Positions 10,072-20,579 of a DNA stretch of 64,000 nucleotides are shown piece by piece. The stretch covers positions 203,197 through 267,196 of the forward strand of contig JBIOWE010000004.1 of assembly GCA_044868145.1 (NCBI GenBank), given 5' to 3'. Each line of letters begins with the position of its first letter. The first letter of the stretch is position 1. Under the pieces are notes generated by a model. It was not told the DNA's origin. It saw only the letters and a list, made by a program, of their open reading frames with translations, and did no database searches. The position numbers and the translations under genes were made by a program. This DNA is from Patescibacteria group bacterium. Its GTDB lineage: Bacteria > Patescibacteriota > Patescibacteriia > UBA10025 > JBIOWE01.

Positions 10072-10102
10072 TGAAACGTTTTTTGTTTTTTAACGGTTTA
10101 AT
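10072..10102 (+). promoter_or_regulatory. putative ECF-sigma autoregulatory promoter
   Basis: TGAAAC-N17-GGTTTAA just upstream of the ECF sigma gene; similar GAAAAC-N17-CGTCTAA at 13813-13842. Confidence 0.4.
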
Positions 10103-10107
10103 AATAA

Positions 10108-10647
10108 ATGATATCTGAAGACGATATTCAGGCCATTGTTGCTTCCGCACAAGGAGGTGACGCAGACAGCGTGGCAAAGCTCTTTGAACTGTTCAGTGAT
10201 AGGATTTTTCGATTTTTTCGGGTACGCATCTCGGATACTAAAACCGCCGAAGACCTTACACAAACGGTTTTTCTTGAAATGATTCAGGCCTTGAAACGGT
10301 ATAAGAGACAGGAAGCAAAATTTTCTACATGGCTATTTCAAATCGCACGCTTTCGCCTGATTGACGAGTATCGAAAAAATCCGCCACCCCTCTCTATCGA
10401 TGAATCGTTGCAGAATCATCCATCATTAATCGTTGATCCTCCGGGCGAAATCAGCTTGCCACGCAACATTGATAGCGCATTTGCAAAACTCCCAGAGCGC
10501 TATCAGACAATACTCCATTTGCGGTTTCGTGAGGATTTTTCCTATCGAGAAGTAGCCTATAGCATGAATATTTCGGAAGTGCATGTACGCGTCTTACAGC
10601 ACCGTGCGCTCAACGCCCTTCGCAAATTATTAAACGAACATCATTAA
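10108..10647 (+). CDS. ECF RNA polymerase sigma factor (sigma-70 family)
   Basis: AEDLTQTVF, FSTWLFQIAR, region 4 LPERYQ...SYREVA...VRVLQHRAL. Confidence 0.95.
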   Translation: MISEDDIQAIVASAQGGDADSVAKLFELFSDRIFRFFRVRISDTKTAEDLTQTVFLEMIQALKRYKRQEAKFSTWLFQIARFRLIDEYRKNPPPLSIDESLQNHPSLIVDPPGEISLPRNIDSAFAKLPERYQTILHLRFREDFSYREVAYSMNISEVHVRVLQHRALNALRKLLNEHH

Positions 10648-10657
10648 TAAATAACGT

Positions 10658-11368
10658 ATGACCTTATTTCGCCCACAAGTAAAAAAAAGCGAGGAACTGA
10701 TTGCAGCCATTCGCAAGTCCGGAACGCATACCCTCAATCCAGATTCAAGAATGAATATACGCTCTGTTGTGTTGCAAACAAACCACACCGTAACAAAGAG
10801 CGACCCCGTTCGGTATAAGAAGCACCCAATCATGGGGATATTAACTCTTAAACTTCGACCTATGACCTTAGTGCTTATTATCATGGCGCTTATTGCGCTC
10901 ACCGGAGGCACGGTGATAGCAGCTGACGCAGCGAAACCCGGTGACTCGCTTTTTGGCATCGATCGCGCTGTCGAACGTGTCCAGCTCAATTTAAGCTTAT
11001 CCGATGTCGCTAGAGCTCGAACACAGGCGGAAATTGCCGAGGAACGCTTGCGCGAACTCCAGGAGCTCCAATCTGGGGAGGATACGGACGAAGAAGATAT
11101 TGACACCGCGGAAAACGAGGCGGACACGGCGTTAAATCAAGCGCAAGATACGCTGGATGATGTCATTGAGAATATGGAATCAAAGGATAATGAACAAGCG
11201 CAGGAACGATTAGAACAAGTTCGGCAAAAATTAGAAGATCTTGATCAGGAACGCGATACTTCCCCCCACACAAATACAGAGGAACCAACCGAAACAAATA
11301 CGGAAAACGATCCATCTTCTTTCCACTCAAACGTGAACGCTCACCAGGAAAACTCAAACAGTCGATAG
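10658..11368 (+). CDS. putative anti-sigma factor, DUF5667-like membrane protein
   Basis: Follows the ECF sigma; one TM helix, then AKPGDSLFGIDRAVERVQL...AEERLRE and an acidic tail. Confidence 0.72.
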   Translation: MTLFRPQVKKSEELIAAIRKSGTHTLNPDSRMNIRSVVLQTNHTVTKSDPVRYKKHPIMGILTLKLRPMTLVLIIMALIALTGGTVIAADAAKPGDSLFGIDRAVERVQLNLSLSDVARARTQAEIAEERLRELQELQSGEDTDEEDIDTAENEADTALNQAQDTLDDVIENMESKDNEQAQERLEQVRQKLEDLDQERDTSPHTNTEEPTETNTENDPSSFHSNVNAHQENSNSR

Positions 11369-11578
11369 GCAACTAAAGAAGGCAGTGTGCAAACTGCACG
11401 GTTAACAATACCTGAACATTACAAAGAAGTAAGAAAAAAGCAGAACATTTTAGAAGGAATATTCCGCGTACCTAGAAAACGGCGCTTGCGCCGTTTTTTA
11501 GATCCTCGACTACATGTCGTTGCAAAAGGAGTCGGGATTTTTTACTTGTGCTAGACAGTTCCTTTTATTATACTGACT

Positions 11579-12007
11579 GTGTCTCCCAACAAAAAACATA
11601 TGCCCAACGATGTGAACGCCAATAACAAAACAAACGCTGAAGTCCAGGAGAACAAGATTTATCTTGGGGACGAAGATATTATCTATGTAGAATATCATGG
11701 ACCCCAGACCTACGAAACCATACATCGCAATTTTGTAAAAATCGAAGAGATAGCAAAGGAGTTGAGGAAAGCTGGAAAGCCAGTAAAACTTTTGAATAAT
11801 ATTGGCGGTGTTACCACGCAAACGATCGGTGCGCGTAAAGCAGGGTTGGAAACCGTACGAAAGATGAAGATAGATGCCATCGCACTGTGTGGAGGCAGTC
11901 GATTCATCAAATACTTGGGCAACTACTTTCTCAAAGCAATTGGTCATCCGAACTCTCGTTCGTTCGACACCCAAGACGAGGCATTCGCATGGCTACGAGA
12001 GGTTTAA
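11579..12007 (+). CDS. STAS/SEC14 (SpoIIAA-like) domain protein, paralog of 9611-9973
   Basis: IALCGGSRFIKYLGNYFL...RSFDTQDEAFAWL; start may be ATG 11600. Confidence 0.78.
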   Translation: MSPNKKHMPNDVNANNKTNAEVQENKIYLGDEDIIYVEYHGPQTYETIHRNFVKIEEIAKELRKAGKPVKLLNNIGGVTTQTIGARKAGLETVRKMKIDAIALCGGSRFIKYLGNYFLKAIGHPNSRSFDTQDEAFAWLREV

Positions 12008-12011
12008 TACT

Positions 12012-13403
12012 ATGGCCCCGCAGTCAAAGCAACTGCCCGCAGAGGAATATCGTAGCTATGTCGTTCGCAGATTGGCTGGCTTAGAGCATTTATTCACGAG
12101 AGCTTCGATCGGCGATTTTTCACAAGACGTCCAATTGCCAAAAGAAGACGATGAGTTCACGACGCTCTATGCAGGTGTCCAAGTGATGATCGAAGCCGTA
12201 CGTGAAAAAGTTGGCGAGCTACAAGAGCTCAACCGACAGTTAACGGGCAAGGTTGGTGAATTACGAGAATTAACAACTCGACTCCGCACAGAACAAGCGC
12301 GGGATCGGGCAATACTGCTCGGGATGGGTGAAGGCTTGGTTGTTGTTGATGAACGCGGGATAATAACCATGGCCAATCAGGCCTTTGAAAGCATGATGGG
12401 TTGGACCAGTCAGGAAGCGATGGGAAAATACTTACCCGACGTGTTACCAGCCCAAGATGAATCTGGCCAGCGTATTCCAAATACTGAGCGGCCATTATCA
12501 AAAGCGTTCAAGATGCACGAAACGATTATGACGGGCGTAGGCGTGAATCCGTATTATTACGTCCGCCGCGATGGGACAAGATTTCCTGTCGCAATTACCG
12601 TCAGTCCATTCATGAGCCGGGGCCGCGTGATTGGCTCCATCAATGTTTTTCGTGATATCACCCGCGAACAGGATATCGACCGAGCGAAGAGTGAATTTGT
12701 GAGCTTAGCGTCGCATCAGTTGCGAACCCCCTTGACCATTATTCGTTGGTCAGCGGATATTTTAAAACGGTATGCCGGAAAATTAAGCCCTCAACAAGAA
12801 AAATACGTCACTGCGGTTGAAGAGGCGGGCCGACAAATGGTTAATCTTGTGGATGCGCTCTTGAATGTTTCTCGAATTGAGGCAGGCAGTCTTCGAATCG
12901 AGCCAAAACCCGTTGACGTAAAAAAACTTGTTGACGGCATTTTACGAGAACTCCAGCCACTGATTGATACGCAACAACTGCGCATGCGAACGCGAGTAGC
13001 AGCGGACCTTCCGAAACTACAGGTCGACCCTGAACTCACGCGTGTCGTCATTCACAATCTCATCACGAATGCCATAAAATATACCAAGCAGCGCGGTCAA
13101 ATTTTCATTACCGTGGCGCGCGACGCCGCAAACATTAAGGTTAGCGTCCGAGATACGGGAGTCGGCATACCGGTCGAGGACCAGCCAAAGATTTTTTCCA
13201 AGCTTTATCGTGCTGAAAATGTTATGCAACTCGAGCCACACGGCACCGGGCTTGGCCTTTATATCGCAAAAGCGGTGGTTGAACAATCAGGCGGCCGCAT
13301 CTGGTTCGAGTCAAAAGAAAATTCTGGGACAACGTTTACCTTCACCTTACCGCTTCGTGGCGTGCAGAAAAAGACTGGAACAAAAATAATCTCTCCGGGC
13401 TAG
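12012..13403 (+). CDS. soluble PAS-domain sensor histidine kinase
   Basis: PAS domain, H-box ASHQLRTPLT, NLITNAIKYT, DTGVGI, GTGLGLY; start moved to ATG 12012. Confidence 0.93.
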   Translation: MAPQSKQLPAEEYRSYVVRRLAGLEHLFTRASIGDFSQDVQLPKEDDEFTTLYAGVQVMIEAVREKVGELQELNRQLTGKVGELRELTTRLRTEQARDRAILLGMGEGLVVVDERGIITMANQAFESMMGWTSQEAMGKYLPDVLPAQDESGQRIPNTERPLSKAFKMHETIMTGVGVNPYYYVRRDGTRFPVAITVSPFMSRGRVIGSINVFRDITREQDIDRAKSEFVSLASHQLRTPLTIIRWSADILKRYAGKLSPQQEKYVTAVEEAGRQMVNLVDALLNVSRIEAGSLRIEPKPVDVKKLVDGILRELQPLIDTQQLRMRTRVAADLPKLQVDPELTRVVIHNLITNAIKYTKQRGQIFITVARDAANIKVSVRDTGVGIPVEDQPKIFSKLYRAENVMQLEPHGTGLGLYIAKAVVEQSGGRIWFESKENSGTTFTFTLPLRGVQKKTGTKIISPG

Positions 13404-13445
13404 CAAGCTGTTGCCCACTGCTTGTAGCTTTGGTATTATAATAAC

Positions 13446-13832
13446 ATGAAGGACAATGGGAGCAAGTCAATATTGATCGTGGAGGACGAGGTCTCACTGC
13501 TTCAGGCATTGGTTGACGTCTTTACCCTGGAAGGGTTCCATGTGTTAAGTGCTGCGAATGGGGCGGAGGGCGTAGAGATAGCAAAACAAAAGCACCCAGA
13601 TTTGATATTGCTCGACATTGTCATGCCAAGACTCGACGGGCTGGGCGTGTTGAAGAAACTTCGCGAAGATTCATGGGGCAAAACCGTACCGGTTATTATG
13701 TTAACGAACCTCTCCGATTATAAAAGCGTCGCTGACGCGCTGAAACACGGCGTGCACGACTTCCTTGTAAAAAGCAATTGGGAGATCGATAAGGTGGTTA
13801 AACTTGTCAAAAGAAAACTTCACACAGGGTAA
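13446..13832 (+). CDS. single-domain response regulator (receiver)
   Basis: ILIVEDE, PDLILLDIVMPRLDG, VIMLTN, FLVK. Confidence 0.93.
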   Translation: MKDNGSKSILIVEDEVSLLQALVDVFTLEGFHVLSAANGAEGVEIAKQKHPDLILLDIVMPRLDGLGVLKKLREDSWGKTVPVIMLTNLSDYKSVADALKHGVHDFLVKSNWEIDKVVKLVKRKLHTG

Positions 13833-13861
13833 GTGCGTCTAAAACATTAACCTCTATACAT

Positions 13862-14080
13862 ATGGACAACCAACCAGCACAACAAAATCAAGCGCCGCCG
13901 CAGGAGTATCAGACTCCCAAGAAGGGCTATGGCAAGCGCCCGCTATGGCAGTGGATTCTCATTTATGTCGTCGTCGGGGGTATTATCTACGCCGCAATCT
14001 ATTACTTCGTCATTGCTAAAAACGGCAGCTACAATTCGTCAAACACAAATTACAACTACACTACGAACAGCAATTATTAG
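13862..14080 (+). CDS. small membrane protein
   Basis: YGKRPLWQWILIYVVVGGIIYAAIYYF TM segment with an Asn/Tyr-rich tail. Confidence 0.75.
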   Translation: MDNQPAQQNQAPPQEYQTPKKGYGKRPLWQWILIYVVVGGIIYAAIYYFVIAKNGSYNSSNTNYNYTTNSNY

Positions 14081-14128
14081 CACAGCCGGAAATATTTGAC
14101 CGAGAGGAAAACTTTGAACAGAGAAAAT

Positions 14129-14590
14129 ATGCCAAAGAAGAAAATAACCATTGATGCGACCGCGGCGACGAGAGAGATTGCTGATGATGTCATGCAGTCG
14201 CCAGACCCGATCCGCGATGTTCAACAGGAAAGCGATTGGATGGACGAGGACTTCTCCGGCCAGCTTGCGGTTGACGTGTACCAGTCGAAAAACAGTATCG
14301 TCATTCGATCAACGATCGCTGGGGTGCGACCTGAAGATATTGACATTGCCATTAATAACGACATGGTAACGATTCGCGGCGTCAGACAGGTAGATGATGA
14401 AGTATCCGACGATCAATACTATTATCGTGAGTGTTACTGGGGCGGATTCTCACGCTCCATTATTCTTCCGGTGGATATCAAAGCCGACGAAGTACGTGCG
14501 CATATGAAGAATGGCGTGCTCACGATTGTGCTCCCGAAAGCCGAAAAGGTCAGCAAGGTGCGCGTCGTGAAAGTACAGGAAGACGAATAG
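14129..14590 (+). CDS. Hsp20/alpha-crystallin small heat-shock protein
   Basis: GQLAVDVYQ, GVRPEDIDI, ECYWGGFSRSIILP, NGVLTIVLPK. Confidence 0.95.
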   Translation: MPKKKITIDATAATREIADDVMQSPDPIRDVQQESDWMDEDFSGQLAVDVYQSKNSIVIRSTIAGVRPEDIDIAINNDMVTIRGVRQVDDEVSDDQYYYRECYWGGFSRSIILPVDIKADEVRAHMKNGVLTIVLPKAEKVSKVRVVKVQEDE

Positions 14591-14598
14591 CAAACAAT

Positions 14599-14832
14599 AT
14601 GACTGGCGAGGGGCAGTACTCACTCAACGTGCGGTTTGTTCGCTACGATGGTTCCTTTGCAATTTTGGAAACCGAGGGCAAGCTTGAATTCCGTTGGCCA
14701 ATTAAAAACCTGCCAGAAAACCTCATGGAGGGCGCAACCGTGCGACTGGTCCTCTCAACCGAGCAAACGGAACAGGCCGAGCGCGAATTGATCGCGAAGA
14801 CACTGATCAACCAGCTGCTCGAGTCAAAGTAA
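14599..14832 (+). CDS. hypothetical protein (DUF3006-like)
   Basis: RYDGSFAILE...WPIKNLPENLMEGATV; fits the operon between hsp20 and the VanW gene. Confidence 0.65.
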   Translation: MTGEGQYSLNVRFVRYDGSFAILETEGKLEFRWPIKNLPENLMEGATVRLVLSTEQTEQAERELIAKTLINQLLESK

Positions 14833-14834
14833 TT

Positions 14835-16652
14835 ATGCCAAGAAAAAAGAAAACACCTGAAGTCCATCATCCGCGAGGTCCGCTCATCGCGGGCGGCGTT
14901 GTTTTTCTCTTGGGTTTGCTCGTTCTTGGTTTTGCATTAGGGCTGCATGCAGTGTATGCAGGTCGAATCCCTCCGGGCGTGGTCATGGGAGATGTAAAGC
15001 TCGCAGGCATGGGATACGATGATGCGCGCAGCGCAATCGAGAAGCGCATGAATGAGATCGTGAACCATGGGCTCGTGTTTTCCTACCAGGGAAAAACATT
15101 TACCGTTCCTTCGACCGACGAAGATCCCGCGAACCCGGAACTCTCGGTCCGAATCTTTTCCTATGATGTTGACGCAACAATGCAAACATTGCAAGAATTC
15201 GTTGAACGTCGCGACGCATTCGATTCGTTGATGGCATCGTTGGCCGGAGCGCAGATGCCGGCAATCGTGCAAGTGGACACGCAGCGTCTTGCCGAAGCAA
15301 TCCAGCATGAGGTAGGCCAGTATGAACAGCATGCGGTCAACAGCCAGCTCATAGTCCATGACGACAACAACACAATATCTCTCACGCCGGAAAGATACGG
15401 AGTCGCGTTCAATTATGACGCGATTGTATCTGATGCGATTAAAAATCTTGTCAGTTTCGTTAACACTCCATATGTGTTGGTACTTGAACAAGACACCCCG
15501 ACCATCTTCGCCGCCGACGCACAGCGGCATCTTGAAGTTGCGAAAACAATACTGAAACAAGCACCCTACACTATTCATTACGAAGACAAAATGTGGGAGA
15601 TTACCTTGGAGAATGTGCGTTCGTGGCTGGGGTTTCGGTACGCCGGCGACCCGCCGCGCCTCATCGCCGGGTTTGCCGAGGAACCGTTGCAAGCATTTCT
15701 CAAAGCGATCGCCCAAGAGGTGAATGTCGAGAAAAAGGAAGTAAAATTCGAAGTCGTAGACAGTCGCGTGGCGAGCTTCCAGCTTCCAACGTCGGGCCTT
15801 ACTGTCGATATCAATGAAACGAGTCAGTTGGTCAACGAGAAAATCCGCCAAGTGGGCATTAAGGAAATTGATCTTATTGTGAAGCGTGATGATCCAGCAA
15901 CAAACGCCGGCGACACGAACGACCTCGGCATCCGCGAGCTTATCGGCGTCGGACAAACGAATTTCAAGGGCAGTCCGAAAAATCGTCGCCATAACATCGC
16001 GGTCGGCGCAAATTCCCTGAACGGGATTCTCATAAAACCCGGCGAGGAATTCTCGCTGCTGAAAGCGCTCGGAAAAATTGAGGCATCAACCGGTTATTTG
16101 CCGGAACTCGTTATCAAAGGCAACCGAACAATTCCGGAGTATGGCGGCGGCCTTTGCCAAATCGGTACGACGTCGTTCCGCGTCGCGCTCAACGCCGGTA
16201 TGCCCATTGTCGCGCGCAGGAACCACTCGTATCGCGTTTCGTATTATGAACCACCGGTTGGGATGGACGCAACGATCTACGATCCCGCGCCGGACTTTAA
16301 GTTTTTGAACGACACGGGCCATTATATTTTGTTCCAAACGGAAATCAAAGCCGACGACTTGATCTTTCGATTCTATGGCACAAAAGATGGCCGTACAGCC
16401 GAAACAACAACACCTCGGGTGTATAATGCGGTGCAACCCGGGCCGACGAAATACATTGAATCAACGGACATACCGGTCGGCACGCAAAAGTGTGTAGAAA
16501 AAGCGCACGTCGGTTCTGACGCGGAGTTTACGTATACGGTAACGTACAGCGATGGCCATCAGAATGTGCAAACATTCACCAGCCACTATAAACCCTGGCA
16601 AGCGGTATGCCTCGTCGGTGTTGAAAAACTTTCCGAGGATCAGGTAAATTAA
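14835..16652 (+). CDS. VanW-family protein with peptidoglycan-binding (YoaR-like) region
   Basis: N-terminal TM; RRHNI, PGEEFS, GGGLCQIGTT, RRNHS, GMDATIY. Confidence 0.9.
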   Translation: MPRKKKTPEVHHPRGPLIAGGVVFLLGLLVLGFALGLHAVYAGRIPPGVVMGDVKLAGMGYDDARSAIEKRMNEIVNHGLVFSYQGKTFTVPSTDEDPANPELSVRIFSYDVDATMQTLQEFVERRDAFDSLMASLAGAQMPAIVQVDTQRLAEAIQHEVGQYEQHAVNSQLIVHDDNNTISLTPERYGVAFNYDAIVSDAIKNLVSFVNTPYVLVLEQDTPTIFAADAQRHLEVAKTILKQAPYTIHYEDKMWEITLENVRSWLGFRYAGDPPRLIAGFAEEPLQAFLKAIAQEVNVEKKEVKFEVVDSRVASFQLPTSGLTVDINETSQLVNEKIRQVGIKEIDLIVKRDDPATNAGDTNDLGIRELIGVGQTNFKGSPKNRRHNIAVGANSLNGILIKPGEEFSLLKALGKIEASTGYLPELVIKGNRTIPEYGGGLCQIGTTSFRVALNAGMPIVARRNHSYRVSYYEPPVGMDATIYDPAPDFKFLNDTGHYILFQTEIKADDLIFRFYGTKDGRTAETTTPRVYNAVQPGPTKYIESTDIPVGTQKCVEKAHVGSDAEFTYTVTYSDGHQNVQTFTSHYKPWQAVCLVGVEKLSEDQVN

Positions 16653-16716
16653 CGAATAAAGAAATCCAGCTTCTTTTTGAAAGCTGGATTTATTATACTT
16701 AAGAGAACGTGCCTCC

Positions 16717-17115
16717 TTATTTTCCGAATAGTTGTTTTACAAGCATGCCGAGATCGGAAAATGAAAAAAATAGAAATATAAACGCAATAGTAAATGGAAC
16801 AGTCCGATTCGGGACAACGCGTGGAAACTTATACGCTAAGAGATAGCAAGCGCCGGCTAGTCCTAAGAAGAATAAGCCTGATAGCAAGTGGGGGTCAAGC
16901 ATTCTTAGGGCGCTGAATGCATGAAAATCAAACATACTACCAGTGCGTTCGTATGAGCGTCCCCAGAAGAAGACGGCGAGGCAGAGTGGCACGAATGTTA
17001 ATGCGGTGTAAACTGGGCCCGTGGCTTTTGGGAACCTTGCAGGTACGGCCCAAGCAAGAAATGCAATGGTTAAAGCAAATAGTTGCGCAATTGGATTCAG
17101 CATGAAATCCAGCAT
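16717..17115 (-). CDS. hypothetical membrane protein (4 TM)
   Basis: Strong SD GAGGAGG; hydrophobic helices. Confidence 0.7.
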   Translation of the reverse strand: MLDFMLNPIAQLFALTIAFLAWAVPARFPKATGPVYTALTFVPLCLAVFFWGRSYERTGSMFDFHAFSALRMLDPHLLSGLFFLGLAGACYLLAYKFPRVVPNRTVPFTIAFIFLFFSFSDLGMLVKQLFGK

Positions 17116-17641
17116 AACTCCCTCCTCATTTATTGGTTTTGAGTTTTCTTCGTGTAGCTAAAGATTGTCAGAATTTCAACGTAATCTGCGTACGTTAGTT
17201 TCTATTGGGTTTCCTCCTTTGTTATTGGTTGATGTCAAAGATCGCTATTGCAAGGATAGAGAAAAAAATACGTTTTGTCCAGAAATCTGCTCACCCACCA
17301 TTTCTCAATTTTCGTCAGCACCAAACCCTCGCAATATCTGCAGTCAAGAGAGTTATTCTAAGGTACGGTTAAGGGATGAGCCTGAATCGTCCTCGGAATA
17401 ACGCCCATGCTTGTCGTGACTGCAGGTAATTGAAAGGGTTGTTTTTAAAGAAATGGTGGGTGGGTTTGTCGTGCCTGTCCGCCGCAGCGTAAGCAGTGGC
17501 GGAACTGCAGGTTTACAAACAAAACGCCTCGGAGTTCATTTCAAGGGCGTTTTTTATTTGTATTTTTGTCGAACAAGACATCGTATCATACAATAATTAT
17601 CTTGTCAAGGGTTAAGAGGAATGGTACGATGATGGCACGCT

Positions 17642-19138
17642 ATGACCGTCATATTGGAACAATTGAAGAAACGCGTAGACGCTGGCAGTCTTTTTTTTCC
17701 ATTGTTTGAAAAAGAAAAGCCTGAACAAGCAAGCGCATGGCAGATTCTTGACCGAGACGCTCGTCTTGCGGTCAAACGGTCGCTTGGCCATCATTTCACC
17801 GGAAAGCTCGGGGAATCGCACGACATTTTTCTGCGTAGCAAGCGACCCGAAGCTGTTGTTCTTATTGGTCTTGGCCAAAAGAAAGATTGGACCACGCGAC
17901 GGTTTATTCTCATCAGCCGTAAACTCGTCGCGCTCGCAAACAAAAACAAGCAACAAGAAATCGCGGTTCCATTCGATCCAATGGTTCCGGCGAGCGCAGA
18001 GCAAGCTCGCGCCGTACAGTCCTTTGTCGAAGCTCTCCTGATGGCGCAATACGATTTTCGAAGCTATAAAGAACTGCCAAAGCACGGTTGGCCGGACGTT
18101 CGTCGTGTTCGCATATTGTCCGATCACCTCCATAAAGACCGTAAAGCTCAAAGCGCGGTGAAGATGGGAGCAGTGATTGCCAGTGCGGTTAATCATTGTC
18201 GTGACCTTGCGAATACGCCTGGCGGCGACATGACGCCCCGCTTGCTCGCCGAGGACGCACTCAAGACGGGCAAGGCAGCGGGCTTTCGCATCAAAGTACT
18301 TGGCCCAGCGGAGATGAAACGTCTAAAAATGGGCGCCATTCTCGGCGTGGCACGCGGCAGCGTGGAACAAGCGCGGTTCATTATCATGGAATATCGCCAT
18401 GGCGGGTCACAATCACCCATCATATTCGTCGGCAAGGGCGTAACCTTTGATACAGGAGGTCTGAATATTAAGCCGGAGAACTCCATGCTCGATATGCACA
18501 TGGATATGAGCGGTGGAGCAGCAGTGATCGGTGCGCTCGAAGCCATTGCGAAGCTCCGACTCCGCGTGAATGTCATTGGACTGGTGCCAGCAGTGGAAAA
18601 TATGCCCTCAGGGTCGGGTTATCGGCCTGGTGACCTGTTACGATCCATGTCCGGCAAGACAATTGAAGTGAAAAACACCGACGCGGAAGGCCGGGTTATT
18701 CTCGCCGACGCCTTGACCTATGCAAATCGATACAAACCCTCGCACGTCGTTGACCTCGCAACCCTGACTGGCGCGGCAATGGTCGCGCTTGGGCAGCACG
18801 CGGCCGCGTTGCTCACATCCGATGAGCGCTTCGCCAGCCTGTGCCAGGAAACCGGTGAGACGAGTGGCGACTATCTGTGGCGATTACCTTTGTGGGAAGA
18901 ATACGAGGACGAGGTAAAGGGAACATTCGGCGACGTGTCTAATACTGGCAAGACACGATACGGTGGCGCGATTACCGGCGCGATGTTTCTCAAGCAATTC
19001 GTCGGCAAGTACGTATGGGCGCATCTCGACATCGCGCCAACGATGACATCCGTAGATGGCCAGAATCTTGCGAAGGGCGCGACTGGCACGGGCGTTCGCT
19101 TCCTTGTTGAGCTTGCATCGAGACTGAGCCTCAAGTAA
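17642..19138 (+). CDS. pepA: leucyl aminopeptidase (M17)
   Basis: VGKGVTFDTGG, MHMDMSG, NTDAEGRVILAD, DLATLTGA, WAHLDIA. Confidence 0.96.
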   Translation: MTVILEQLKKRVDAGSLFFPLFEKEKPEQASAWQILDRDARLAVKRSLGHHFTGKLGESHDIFLRSKRPEAVVLIGLGQKKDWTTRRFILISRKLVALANKNKQQEIAVPFDPMVPASAEQARAVQSFVEALLMAQYDFRSYKELPKHGWPDVRRVRILSDHLHKDRKAQSAVKMGAVIASAVNHCRDLANTPGGDMTPRLLAEDALKTGKAAGFRIKVLGPAEMKRLKMGAILGVARGSVEQARFIIMEYRHGGSQSPIIFVGKGVTFDTGGLNIKPENSMLDMHMDMSGGAAVIGALEAIAKLRLRVNVIGLVPAVENMPSGSGYRPGDLLRSMSGKTIEVKNTDAEGRVILADALTYANRYKPSHVVDLATLTGAAMVALGQHAAALLTSDERFASLCQETGETSGDYLWRLPLWEEYEDEVKGTFGDVSNTGKTRYGGAITGAMFLKQFVGKYVWAHLDIAPTMTSVDGQNLAKGATGTGVRFLVELASRLSLK

Positions 19139-19142
19139 ACGT

Positions 19143-19502
19143 ATGCATAAAGGTTTATTGATTATTCTTATCACCTTTGGCCTTATTGGTACGGGGATTC
19201 TTGGATTTTTTCTTTTGCAGTCGCCAACCCAGCAATCAACGACAACGAACACCAACGGAAACACGTCCACACAGTTTACGGCATGTGCGACGGACGCGGA
19301 CTGTGTCCTTGTCAATGAAAGTTGTTGTTCATGCGAGAATGGCGGATCAAAAACATGCATTCAGAAGGATTTACAGGCAGAGTGGGAGCGCCGCTTGAAC
19401 TGCGACGCTGCGCAGCCTTACTGTATTACATTGTATCGTTGCGATAGCCAACCAACGTCATGCGACTGCATACAAAACACATGTCAGCCCAAAACAACCT
19501 AA
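19143..19502 (+). CDS. membrane-anchored cysteine-rich protein
   Basis: N-terminal TM, Thr/Asn linker, 12 Cys in the last ~75 aa. Confidence 0.8.
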   Translation: MHKGLLIILITFGLIGTGILGFFLLQSPTQQSTTTNTNGNTSTQFTACATDADCVLVNESCCSCENGGSKTCIQKDLQAEWERRLNCDAAQPYCITLYRCDSQPTSCDCIQNTCQPKTT

Positions 19503-20521
19503 AACCCGAACGAATTGTCCTTGGCAATGAAGGTCAGGAAGATACCGTTTTAGATGTGACGCTTCGGCCAAGCAGCCTGAACGAATTTGTCGGTCAAAGC
19601 AAACTCAAAGAAAATTTGCGTATTTTTGTTGGCGCAGCAAAGAAACGGAAGCAATCACTTGAGCACGTGTTGTTTTATGGCCCCCCAGGAATAGGCAAAA
19701 CAACGCTCGCCCATATCATCGCCCATGAGATGGGTAAAAGCATTCGTGTCACGAGCGGCCCGGCTATAGAACGCGCCGGCGATCTAGGCGCCATCCTGAC
19801 AAACTTGGAGGACGGCGACATCTTGTTTATCGACGAAATCCACCGTCTGAATCGTCTTATCGAAGAGGTGCTGTACCCCGCTATGGAAGAATACTCGCTC
19901 GATATTATCACCGGCAAAGGCCCGGCCGCGGATACTGTACGACTCGACCTGCCGCATTTCACGCTGGTTGGTGCAACAACCAAACCGAGCTTACTGTCGT
20001 CGCCACTGCGCGACCGGTTCGGTATGACCTATAGAATCGATTTTTACGATGATGCCGACATTGAGCAGATTCTGGATCGGTCGAGCCATATTCTTGGTAT
20101 CTCGCTCGGCTCAGGCGCTTCCGAGGAGATCGCCAAACGCTCGAGAAAAACGCCGCGCATCGCAAACCGTTTACTCAAACGCGTGCGCGACTTCGCAGAA
20201 ATGAAGCATGGCGGCGCTGTAACCGCTGCCGTGGCGCAGGACGCCTTGGCGCGCCTGGAAATAGATGAGCGAGGACTTGATGACCTTGACCGAAAAATCC
20301 TTCGCACGATTGTTGAAAAATTTGGCGGTGGGCCCGTTGGTGTCACGACAATAGCGCAGTCCGTTGCCGAAGACCGTGCCACCATTGAAGACGTCTATGA
20401 GCCGTTTTTAATGCAGCTAGGGTTTTTGGCGCGCACCTCGCGCGGCCGCGTGGTCACTGAATCTGGTTATCGGCATATCGGTAAGGAATCGCCCGGAGAT
20501 TTGCAAAAACGATTGATATAA
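19481..20521 (+). CDS. ruvB: Holliday junction branch migration helicase RuvB
   Basis: LRP...[42 protein letters not shown]. Confidence 0.98.
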   Translation: MSAQNNLKPERIVLGNEGQEDTVLDVTLRPSSLNEFVGQSKLKENLRIFVGAAKKRKQSLEHVLFYGPPGIGKTTLAHIIAHEMGKSIRVTSGPAIERAGDLGAILTNLEDGDILFIDEIHRLNRLIEEVLYPAMEEYSLDIITGKGPAADTVRLDLPHFTLVGATTKPSLLSSPLRDRFGMTYRIDFYDDADIEQILDRSSHILGISLGSGASEEIAKRSRKTPRIANRLLKRVRDFAEMKHGGAVTAAVAQDALARLEIDERGLDDLDRKILRTIVEKFGGGPVGVTTIAQSVAEDRATIEDVYEPFLMQLGFLARTSRGRVVTESGYRHIGKESPGDLQKRLI

Positions 20522-20579
20522 AAAACGCCAGAATGAATTATTATGTTCTGGCGTCTTGGTTACGAGCCGCGACTATTTT

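Noticed and set aside
11874-12011. N-terminal extension of the histidine kinase
   Set aside because: Overlaps the upstream STAS/SEC14 gene in another frame
14937-15992. 351-aa minus-strand ORF
   Set aside because: Antisense shadow of the VanW gene; no motifs
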